The position numbers and the translations under genes are program-made. From assembly GCA_964595665.1 (NCBI GenBank), contig CAZQQS010000001.1, positions 39,820-71,819 of the forward strand: a DNA stretch of 32,000 nt. Reading direction: 5' to 3'. Below are positions 25,129 through 32,000 of the stretch, piece after piece. The notes under the pieces are model-generated. The model saw only the letters and a program-made list of their open reading frames with translations. It was not told the origin of the DNA and searched no databases. How positions within the stretch are numbered: position 1 is the first letter of the stretch; every line of letters starts with the position of its first letter. This DNA is from an uncultured archaeon. Its GTDB lineage: Archaea > Iainarchaeota > Iainarchaeia > Iainarchaeales > 0-14-0-20-30-16.

Positions 25129-25183
25129 AACTAGATCCCTTTTATACAAAAGGTCTTCAGGCTACCCCAAAACTTATATTGTG

Positions 25184-25201
25184 TTTGTGTACCAACACAA
25201 A
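25184..25201. promoter_or_regulatory. palindrome TTTGTGT-ACCA-ACACAAA (copy 3)
   Basis: Perfect 7-bp arms, 3 nt from the tRNA-Asn 3' end and about 55-70 nt upstream of tRNA-Ser on the minus strand. Confidence 0.6.
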
Positions 25202-25204
25202 AAG

Positions 25205-25276
25205 CGTCCCGTGCAGGATTCGAACCTGCGACCTCTCGATTAACAGTCGAACGCACCACCGCTGTGCTAACGGGAC
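25205..25276 (-). tRNA. tRNA-Asn (anticodon GUU)
   Basis: Reverse complement: GTCCCGT-TA-GCAC-AGCGGTG-GTGC-G-TTCGA-CTGTTAA-TCGAG-AGGTC-GCAGG-TTCGAAT-CCTGC-ACGGGAC-G. Confidence 0.9.
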
Positions 25277-25348
25277 TTATAGGTATAATATTCTATTTGT
25301 AGTTATATTTATAAAGTATTCTTTAAATCCCTAAAAATAACGATAATC

Positions 25349-25356
25349 TTATAAAG
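25349..25356 (+). promoter_or_regulatory. TATA-box-like TTATAAAG upstream of SRP RNA
   Basis: Centred about 25 nt upstream of the inferred SRP RNA 5' end at 25377. Confidence 0.4.
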
Positions 25357-25376
25357 AAAAAGAATCATAATATATT

Positions 25377-25640
25377 GAAGGCTAGACCGGGGGGTTAGTG
25401 GTCCCCTATACAAACAATCCACTTACGTTTGGGTCAAGAAGTGTTGGGGCGGTTAAAAGGTAATTATTGCCTCAAAAATTTATGTTGAGAATTAGACCTC
25501 AAATATTGCATTTATAATGAACCCGCCAGACTAGGAATAGAGCAACGGTAACTATTCTTGTAATAGTTTGTGGCCACCTAATTCGAGTAAGTTTTTGAAT
25601 AAGTAATAGTTGTCCTTGATGCTCACCCAGCAAAGCCTTC
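25377..25640 (+). ncRNA. ffs: signal recognition particle RNA (archaeal 7S/SRP RNA)
   Basis: The 5' end GAAGGCT pairs with the 3' end AGCCTTC. Alu-domain start GGCTAGACCGGGGGGTTAGTGGTCCCCTATAC closely resembles the archaeal consensus GGCUAGGCCGGGGGGUU..GUCCCCUGUA. Helix-8 motif ACCCGCCAGACTAGGAATAGAGCAACGGTA. A GC-rich island in AT-rich DNA, followed by TTTT. Confidence 0.85.
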
Positions 25641-25908
25641 TTTTAATATTCACGAATTAAATTAACAAATAAATTTATTCAAATAATAAACTCAATTTTT
25701 ACTAATTCCTTTACTAACAAAGTTAGCAATTTATCAAAATTTTAATATTTGTGCTTCATATTAAACATAATGCCATTTGAGAGCTTCAAAATACTGATAC
25801 ATAATTTGCAGGTAAAACCCTGATTATACATATCTAGAACTTTAAAGGTAACATTTATAAATGATTCTTCGATAATCTATATAAATTATTTTTGTTGGAG
25901 GGAGCAAA

Positions 25909-26970
25909 ATGAAGTCTATGGTAAAAGATGTTACTAGAACAGAGACTAAAATGGTTGGAGAATCTGATGTTTCTGATTTTGGTGTACCTAAAATTATGGT
26001 TTTAGGATGTGGTGGAGCTGGTTGTAACAGTATCTCAAGAATATCTGAAATGGGAGTTTCTGGAGCACAATTAGTTGCAGTTAACACAGATAAACAACAA
26101 TTAGCTGTTTTAAGTGATGATATTGTAAAAATATTAATTGGAAAATCAGTTACTAGAGGTTTAGGAGCTGGTGGATACCCTGAAGTTGGTGCTAAAGCTG
26201 CTGAAGTTTCAAAGTCTGCTTTGGAAGAAGTTTTAAGAGGAGTAGATATGTTGTTCTTAACTACTGGTTTAGGTGGTGGAACTGGAACTGGAGCATCTCC
26301 TGTAGTTGCTGATATTGCAAAACAACAAGGTGCAATTGTAATTTCAATTGTAACTTATCCGTTTAGAATGGAACGAGCAAGAATAGTTAAAGCTGAAGAA
26401 GGATTATTAAAATTAAAACAATATTCTGATACTGTTGTTGTAATTGATAACAATAGATTAGTTGAATTGGTTCCTAACTTACCAATCCAAGATGCTTTTA
26501 GAGTTGCTGATGAAGTAATTTCAAGAACAGTTTCTGGAATAACTGAAACTATTACTCAACCTTCATTGATTAACTTAGATTACGCAGATGTAAGATCTAT
26601 TATGACAAATAAAGGATTATCTGTAATCGCAGTTGGTGAAGGAAAAGGTGTAGATAGAGTTAAAGAAGTAACTAGTGATACTTTGAAGAACTCTTTGTTA
26701 GATGTTGATATAGCTGGTGCAAATGGTGCTTTAATACACATAACTGGTGGTCAAGATTTAACTTTAGGTGAAGCAAACGGTATTGGAGAATTATTAACTG
26801 AAAATTTAGATCCTAAAGCAATTGTAATTTGGGGTGCAAGAGTAGATCCAACTTTCGATAACAAAATCGAAGTAATTGCTATTTTCACTGGAGTTAGAAG
26901 TCCATTCATTAAAACAGATGATGATAGACCTAGCTCAAAACACGATGACTTAGATTTAGATTATTTGTAA
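25909..26970 (+). CDS. ftsZ: cell division protein FtsZ
   Basis: VLGCGGAGCNSI, NTDKQQL, tubulin signature GLGGGTGTGASPVVA, and a C-terminal acidic tail. GGAGGGAG upstream. Confidence 0.92.
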   Translation: MKSMVKDVTRTETKMVGESDVSDFGVPKIMVLGCGGAGCNSISRISEMGVSGAQLVAVNTDKQQLAVLSDDIVKILIGKSVTRGLGAGGYPEVGAKAAEVSKSALEEVLRGVDMLFLTTGLGGGTGTGASPVVADIAKQQGAIVISIVTYPFRMERARIVKAEEGLLKLKQYSDTVVVIDNNRLVELVPNLPIQDAFRVADEVISRTVSGITETITQPSLINLDYADVRSIMTNKGLSVIAVGEGKGVDRVKEVTSDTLKNSLLDVDIAGANGALIHITGGQDLTLGEANGIGELLTENLDPKAIVIWGARVDPTFDNKIEVIAIFTGVRSPFIKTDDDRPSSKHDDLDLDYL

Positions 26971-27019
26971 ATCTAAGTTAGGGGTTCGCCCCATTCTTTT
27001 TTTATTTTTAAAAATTTTA

Positions 27020-28039
27020 TTAACCCCATAATGTTTTTTGAGATTTCTTTTCTGTTATTATTTTATCTAATGCCGTTATTGTATTTGTAACTCGATCTTC
27101 ATTGAATTCATATTTTTCTATTAAAAGTTTTTTAATTTTTTCAAAATTTGGCTTTTCAAACTTTTTTAAATCAATATTTTTAATTTTAGGTTCCCAGAAA
27201 ATATTGAATACATCTTTATAATTAAAATTAGGTTTATAATTTAATTTTTCAAATATTTCCTCTAAAGAATTATATTCAGAAACTAATTTAATTGCTGTTT
27301 TAGGGCCCACTTTAGGAATCTTTTCATTGAAATCTGTTCCAATTAACATTCCTAACCAAATTAGTTTTTCTCTAGTTAAATTTAGCTTGGCTAAATTTTG
27401 TTGAAGGTTAATTCTTTCAGGTTTAACTTGTAAATAATAATCTTTACCAGGAGCTTTTTTCTTTCCAGATATTCCTATATTTCTATAAAGATCTTTTCCT
27501 CCAAGTAATAGAACATCATAATCTTGTGAAATAATTCCATCAATTTTTCCCTCAATATTCATTACACTTAATTGAGCTTCACCATCATGTATTGCTTCAA
27601 AGTATTGAATATTAAATGCATCTAATAATTCTTTTGTATCTTCAATCATTTCAGAAGTTATTCGTGCTGTTCTTTTCATTAAATGTGCTGCATCTTTATG
27701 TTCGCCAGCTAATTTTTTAGCTTCAATATTTTTTTCAATTTCAATCTTCAAATCATGTCTTTTCTCTTGAGTTTCTTTTTTTAACTCTAATGCCTTACCA
27801 TCAAAAACAAAAACTAAGTTAATGTTTTGTTCCAATAATTTAGTCATTCGATAAAATAATCCTATAATATGAGAAGTAACTCGCCCTTTAGAATTAGTTA
27901 AATATTCGCCATTTAAGTCTCGAATAGTAGTTAGGAATTGGTAAATAATGTTAAATCCATCAACTCCTAAAGTCTTATTGCTTAAAGAATCTAGAGTAAT
28001 TTCTTCCTTTTCTAATAACTCGCCTATTGGTGTTCCCAT
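27020..28039 (-). CDS. fen: flap endonuclease 1 (FEN-1)
   Basis: MGTPIGELL..., LGVDGFNIIYQFL, VFVFDG, EGEAQ, SQDYD, and H3TH GTDFN...GPKTA. ATG at 28039 (MGTPIG) is preferred over the track start at 28108. Confidence 0.9.
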   Translation of the reverse strand: MGTPIGELLEKEEITLDSLSNKTLGVDGFNIIYQFLTTIRDLNGEYLTNSKGRVTSHIIGLFYRMTKLLEQNINLVFVFDGKALELKKETQEKRHDLKIEIEKNIEAKKLAGEHKDAAHLMKRTARITSEMIEDTKELLDAFNIQYFEAIHDGEAQLSVMNIEGKIDGIISQDYDVLLLGGKDLYRNIGISGKKKAPGKDYYLQVKPERINLQQNLAKLNLTREKLIWLGMLIGTDFNEKIPKVGPKTAIKLVSEYNSLEEIFEKLNYKPNFNYKDVFNIFWEPKIKNIDLKKFEKPNFEKIKKLLIEKYEFNEDRVTNTITALDKIITEKKSQKTLWG

Positions 28040-28125
28040 GTTATCACTTATATAATAATATAAGTAATATTTAATAAACTGTTTATTTATCAAAAAACAT
28101 ATAAACATTATAGTAATCTTTTATT

Positions 28126-28692
28126 ATGCTTACCAATTATAGTATAAAATATCCCAAATTATTGCTGTTTATAATTGCTTTATTTATAGGATTTATTGTT
28201 TTTTATGAAGGTTTACATTATGAACCATTACATAATTTTATTGTATCTTTAGGTTATTTTGGTACTTTTATTGGTGGTTTATTTTATGCATATGGTTTTA
28301 CTGCACCCCCAGCAACTGCTGTTTTATTAGTTTTAGCTAAAGAACAATATTTGATTTTATCTGTTTTAATTGGTGGTTTAGGCGCAGTAATTAGTGATTT
28401 TTTAATATTTAAGTTTGTTAGATTTTCATTTAATGATGAAATAAATAGATTAAAAAAAGAAACTTTAATTAGAAAAATTGAGAAAATGGAAAAGAAATTT
28501 TTTGGTAGATTATATGAATATATATTTCCAACATTTGCGGGGTTTTTAATTGCTTCACCTTTACCTACTGAAATAGGGGTAAGTATGATGGCATCTATAG
28601 AAAAATTATCTACAAAACGATTTCTAATAATTGCTTATTTGTTGCATAGTTTAGGTATTGCAATAATTTTAACAATTGGAGTTTTAATCTAA
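28126..28692 (+). CDS. small polytopic membrane protein, paralog of 11257-11811 (tentatively DedA/VTT-like)
   Basis: GGLGAVISDFLIFKF and SPLPTEIGVSMMAS correspond to GGIGLAISDIFFFY and TPFPNDILNLTLAF in the other copy. Similar length and topology. Confidence 0.55.
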   Translation: MLTNYSIKYPKLLLFIIALFIGFIVFYEGLHYEPLHNFIVSLGYFGTFIGGLFYAYGFTAPPATAVLLVLAKEQYLILSVLIGGLGAVISDFLIFKFVRFSFNDEINRLKKETLIRKIEKMEKKFFGRLYEYIFPTFAGFLIASPLPTEIGVSMMASIEKLSTKRFLIIAYLLHSLGIAIILTIGVLI

Positions 28693-28817
28693 GTATTTAT
28701 TTTGCTTTTTTAAAAATTAATCTTTGTATAAATAAAGTTAACCATAAAGTTGCATTAAGTGTTGCAACTATTTTAAAAAAGGAAAGTATTTTAAATAAAT
28801 AATTTATATAATTATAT

Positions 28818-29585
28818 ATGGTTAAGACCAATTTTATAAAAAAACATTATACTGAAGAATATAATGAAGATATAAGGTTTGAAAAAGATAATATGCATAA
28901 GGCAGAATTCATTCTTACATATGAAACTATTTTTAAATATTTAAAACCTAAAATGAAAATTCTTGAATTAGGCGCAGGAACTGGGGCATATTCTTTAAGA
29001 TTAGCAAAAGAAGGATATGATGTTACTGCCGTGGATTTGGTTAATAAAAATTTGGATGTATTAAAGTCGAAAATTAAAAAAAATATGAATATAAAGCCTA
29101 TTTTGGGTGATGCAACAAATCTCAGTTTTTTAAAAAATGAGAACTTTGATTTAGTTTTATGCTTGGGACCAATGTACCATTTAAATCAAAAGGACAGGTT
29201 TAAATGTTTAAATGAAAGTATCAAGGTATGTAAAAAAAATGGGATTCTTATTTTTGCATTTATTTCAAATTATTTATCTCTTGTAGATAAATTTAGAAAA
29301 AATGATTTGGTGAAGAATAAAAATAAATTTGATTTTAATTTTCGTATAAAAGATGATGTTTTTAGTTTAGTTACTATTCCAGAAATTGAAAATTTATTTC
29401 TCAAATCTAATCTTAAAAAAATAGAAATGATATCTCCTGATGGAGTATCTAGGTTACTTAGAGATGAAATAAATAAATTTAATAAGAATGAATTGGACTT
29501 GTGGTTAAAATATTTAAGAAAAACAGCTAATGATCCATATTTAATAGGTTATGGAGAACATATTTTATATATTGCAAAGAAATAA
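28818..29585 (+). CDS. class I SAM-dependent methyltransferase
   Basis: Motif I ILELGAGTGAYSLRLAKEG, acidic loop VTAVDL, motif II/post-I GDATNL and DLVLCLGPMYHL. Confidence 0.8.
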   Translation: MVKTNFIKKHYTEEYNEDIRFEKDNMHKAEFILTYETIFKYLKPKMKILELGAGTGAYSLRLAKEGYDVTAVDLVNKNLDVLKSKIKKNMNIKPILGDATNLSFLKNENFDLVLCLGPMYHLNQKDRFKCLNESIKVCKKNGILIFAFISNYLSLVDKFRKNDLVKNKNKFDFNFRIKDDVFSLVTIPEIENLFLKSNLKKIEMISPDGVSRLLRDEINKFNKNELDLWLKYLRKTANDPYLIGYGEHILYIAKK

Positions 29586-29753
29586 ACTATAGATTGGCAA
29601 CTTAAACCTAAATTTATTGCGAGATTATATGAATTAAATTATTACATAATAAAGTAAACATATTAAAAACATTTAGTATATGTAGTTTAATAAAATTGTG
29701 CAAAGAATTAAAAACAATAGTTAACTTTATATTCTACTAAGTATAATATTTTA

Positions 29754-29942
29754 ATGAGAAAAGATACATTAATTGTAGATTGGTTATTAGTAATTGTTTT
29801 TGTTATTATGATTTTGTCAAGATTTATTATAATCCCATTTGCTAAAATAATACAACCTATTTTTCTGGGTTTAATTTTAATACATGTTATTCAACATTGG
29901 AGATATTTTTATTCTTCAATTAAAAAAATATCTAGAAAATAA
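29754..29942 (+). CDS. possible small two-TM membrane protein
   Basis: 62-aa ORF with two hydrophobic segments. No recognisable family and a weak ribosome-binding site. Confidence 0.35.
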   Translation: MRKDTLIVDWLLVIVFVIMILSRFIIIPFAKIIQPIFLGLILIHVIQHWRYFYSSIKKISRK

Positions 29943-29960
29943 GATATTAAAATTTTTTAA

Positions 29961-30314
29961 CTAATTCTTCCAAGAGTTTAATTCGAATTCAACTTTTTTT
30001 TGCCAGGAATTAATTGTATCTAATACTATTTGGGAAATGAAATTTTTGTTCTTTATTTCATAATAATAAATATAACCCCCATTAGAAAGGTTCTTTTGTA
30101 TTCTTACAATAATATTTTTCTCAAAAAGCTTTTTTAAAGATTTTTGGATTGTTGTAATATCTAAATGCATTTTATTTGCTACATCTAAACTAGTATATCT
30201 TTTATCTTGATTTTTTATGAAAAATTCAAAAACTCTAAACTCAGCTTTGGTTAACCCTAAAGAACATTTTAATATATCTTTTAAATCAAATTGTTTACAT
30301 GCAAAATCAATCAT
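29961..30314 (-). CDS. winged-helix (TrmB/MarR-like) transcriptional regulator
   Basis: LGLTKAEFRVFEFFIKNQDKRYTSLDVANKMHLDITTIQKSLKKLFEKNIIVR fits an HTH plus wing. Divergent from the thioredoxin gene. Confidence 0.6.
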   Translation of the reverse strand: MIDFACKQFDLKDILKCSLGLTKAEFRVFEFFIKNQDKRYTSLDVANKMHLDITTIQKSLKKLFEKNIIVRIQKNLSNGGYIYYYEIKNKNFISQIVLDTINSWQKKVEFELNSWKN

Positions 30315-30441
30315 AAATATATTTAATGCTAAAAACTTATAAGTATTGCTATTTTATAGAAGTATTCTTCAGTACTTAGAATTCTTTAAAAATCTTTAAG
30401 TACAATATTATAAAGTACTGATATAAATTGGAGGTATTATA

Positions 30442-30771
30442 ATGTCATTAGTTTATTTAAATGAGGAAAATTTTCAAAAAGAAGTTGTAGAATCAAATAT
30501 TCCCGTAATAATTGATTTTTACGCAGATTGGTGTGGTCCATGTAGAATGATGGCTCCTGTATTTGAGGAATTAAGTGCTGAATATGAAGGTAAATTAAAG
30601 TTTACAAAATTAAATACAGATGCGAATCAAAATTTAGCTATGAAATACGATATTTCAGGAATACCCGCATTAATAATTGCAAAAAATGGAAAAGAAATAG
30701 ATCGAATTGTGGGGTTTGCACCAAAACCGATGATGAAACAACAAATTGATAATATATTGAAGAATGCTTAA
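30442..30771 (+). CDS. trxA: thioredoxin
   Basis: Active site WCGPC in [23 protein letters not shown], and the cis-Pro motif GIPAL. GGAGGT upstream. Confidence 0.9.
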   Translation: MSLVYLNEENFQKEVVESNIPVIIDFYADWCGPCRMMAPVFEELSAEYEGKLKFTKLNTDANQNLAMKYDISGIPALIIAKNGKEIDRIVGFAPKPMMKQQIDNILKNA

Positions 30772-30821
30772 ATTATCGAAAATTATTTATAGCTTTAAGA
30801 TATATTATAGTTGGTGATTTT

Positions 30822-31613
30822 ATGAAAAATATTATTTTATCGATCGTTTTGTCTATTCTTTTATTATCTTTTGCGTTTGCTCAACAGGAAATGCAAGAAC
30901 AAGGTACTGGTTTAGGAGTAGAAAATCAAACATCAAATATTAATTATGTAATACAAGAGAAAAATACTAATGAACCTATGCAAATTGAAAATATTATAAC
31001 TGAAACTGGGGAACAATTACAAATTAAATTGAAAGATAAAAATCAACTAGAATTAAAAGTTGGAAATATAATTGCAAATACAACTATGGCTTTAACACAA
31101 GAACAAACTCAATTAGGTAGAAAACTAAAAGTTCAATTAAGTAATGGTACAAATGCTGAAGTAAAAGTTATGCCTGATGAAGCCTCTGAAAGAGCTTTAG
31201 AAAGATTGCAATTAAAAGTTTGTTCTGAGGATAATAATTGTTCTATTGAATTAAAAGAAGTTGGCAATAAAAACCAATTAAGATTAGCATATGAAATTCA
31301 AGTTGAAAAACAATCAAAAGTTTTAGGTTTATTTAAAGCTCAAATGCAAGTTCAAGCGCAAGTAGATGCTGAAACTGGAGAAGTAATAAGTTCAAAAAAA
31401 CCTTGGTGGGCTTTTTTAGCAACTGAAAATCAAGAAGCAGTAGAAGAAGATTTAGTTTGTTGTAAGGCATATGGTTTTGGATCTTATATGGAAAAAGTAA
31501 ACATAGAATATAATTTTATGAAAAAAGAAGACTGTTCAGTTCCAGAAGATCTTGTTGGTGGAAACAAAGAAATAGTTGACAATAGTTTTTGTGAAGTTTC
31601 TATAGAAGAGTAA
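30822..31613 (+). CDS. secreted/extracellular hypothetical protein (Gln/Glu-rich, Cys-containing C-terminus)
   Basis: N-terminal signal-peptide-like MKNIILSIVLSILLLSFAFAQQ. I recognise no family. Confidence 0.5.
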   Translation: MKNIILSIVLSILLLSFAFAQQEMQEQGTGLGVENQTSNINYVIQEKNTNEPMQIENIITETGEQLQIKLKDKNQLELKVGNIIANTTMALTQEQTQLGRKLKVQLSNGTNAEVKVMPDEASERALERLQLKVCSEDNNCSIELKEVGNKNQLRLAYEIQVEKQSKVLGLFKAQMQVQAQVDAETGEVISSKKPWWAFLATENQEAVEEDLVCCKAYGFGSYMEKVNIEYNFMKKEDCSVPEDLVGGNKEIVDNSFCEVSIEE

Positions 31614-31673
31614 TCTTACTCTTCCTTTTTTATTTAACCGAACTTATTTAAAATAGTTAGAATATTATATATT

Positions 31674-32000
31674 ATGAAGAACATTTCTAAAAAGTTAATA
31701 TTTTGGATTCCTCGAATCTTAGCAATTTTATTTATTTTATTTTTAGCTTTGTTTTCACTAGATGTTTTTTCAATGAATTTGGATTTTTGGCAAACTATTT
31801 TAGCTTTATTAATTCATAATATACCTTCAATAGTATTAACAATATTATTAATTGTTTCTTGGAAATATGAACTAGTTGGGGGTATTACATTTATTTTAGC
31901 TGGTTTACTTTATATTGTTTTTATTTTAGCTACAGTTATTGAAAATGGTTTTGCATTTTATTATTGGGTTTGGGCTTTGCAAATATCGGGAATAGCTTTT
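31674..32000 (+). CDS. membrane protein, 5' part (runs off the right edge)
   Basis: ATG at 31674, open to the window end (109 codons). At least 3 hydrophobic segments (ILAILFILFLALF, IVLTILLIVSW, ITFILAGLLYIVFIL). Not in the ORF track because it has no stop. Confidence 0.45.
   Translation, partial: MKNISKKLIFWIPRILAILFILFLALFSLDVFSMNLDFWQTILALLIHNIPSIVLTILLIVSWKYELVGGITFILAGLLYIVFILATVIENGFAFYYWVWALQISGIAF

Noticed and set aside
1-32000. CRISPR arrays, rRNA genes, IS elements.
   Set aside because: No regularly spaced direct repeats, no rRNA-like GC-rich stretches beyond the tRNAs and SRP RNA, and no transposase-like ORFs or terminal inverted repeats were seen.

Overview
Strongly AT-rich archaeal chromosomal segment. 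The archaeal-only gene set (L7Ae, S28e, L24e, aIF5B, aIF2-gamma, Rpo7/Spt4, Nop5/fibrillarin, FEN1, FtsZ, archaeal-type SRP RNA), small proteins and frequent 4-nt gene overlaps suggest a reduced-genome, DPANN-like archaeon; that lineage call is inference. Layout: (1) 0.1-6.1 kb holds the conserved translation/transcription supercluster L7Ae-S28e-L24e-aIF5B-S6e-aIF2gamma-PIN-Rpo7(E')-Spt4(E'')-S24e-S27ae. (2) 6.1-7.3 kb holds a JAB/MPN protein and a HEPN-MNT toxin-antitoxin pair. (3) 7.4-12.3 kb holds a CaCA exchanger, an unknown protein coupled to an orphan PEP-utilizer phosphohistidine domain, a short Nop5 with fibrillarin, a membrane protein and rubrerythrin. (4) 12.4-19.1 kb is an accessory-looking stretch. 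It has an orphan AbrB-like gene, tRNA-His with an exact 44-bp duplication of its 3' part, an RHH/MazF-like pair, TM2 and DUF2752-like membrane proteins, and an operon of a HerA/DUF87-like ATPase plus an HExxH protein. The ATPase carries a 431-aa LAGLIDADG intein inside its Walker A motif. (5) 19.1-24.8 kb is housekeeping: FKBP, HAD, MetRS, dUTPase, RNase H-like exonuclease, LtaS/sulfatase-like membrane enzyme. (6) 24.8-25.6 kb is an RNA island with tRNA-Lys, tRNA-Ser and tRNA-Asn on the minus strand and SRP RNA on the plus strand, with repeated palindrome-containing spacer blocks. (7) 25.9-32 kb holds FtsZ, FEN1, a membrane protein, a methyltransferase, a wHTH regulator, thioredoxin, a secreted protein and a partial membrane protein. 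No CRISPR array, rRNA, transposase or integrase was recognised. All calls rest on reading the sequence and the ORF translations; no database search was run.
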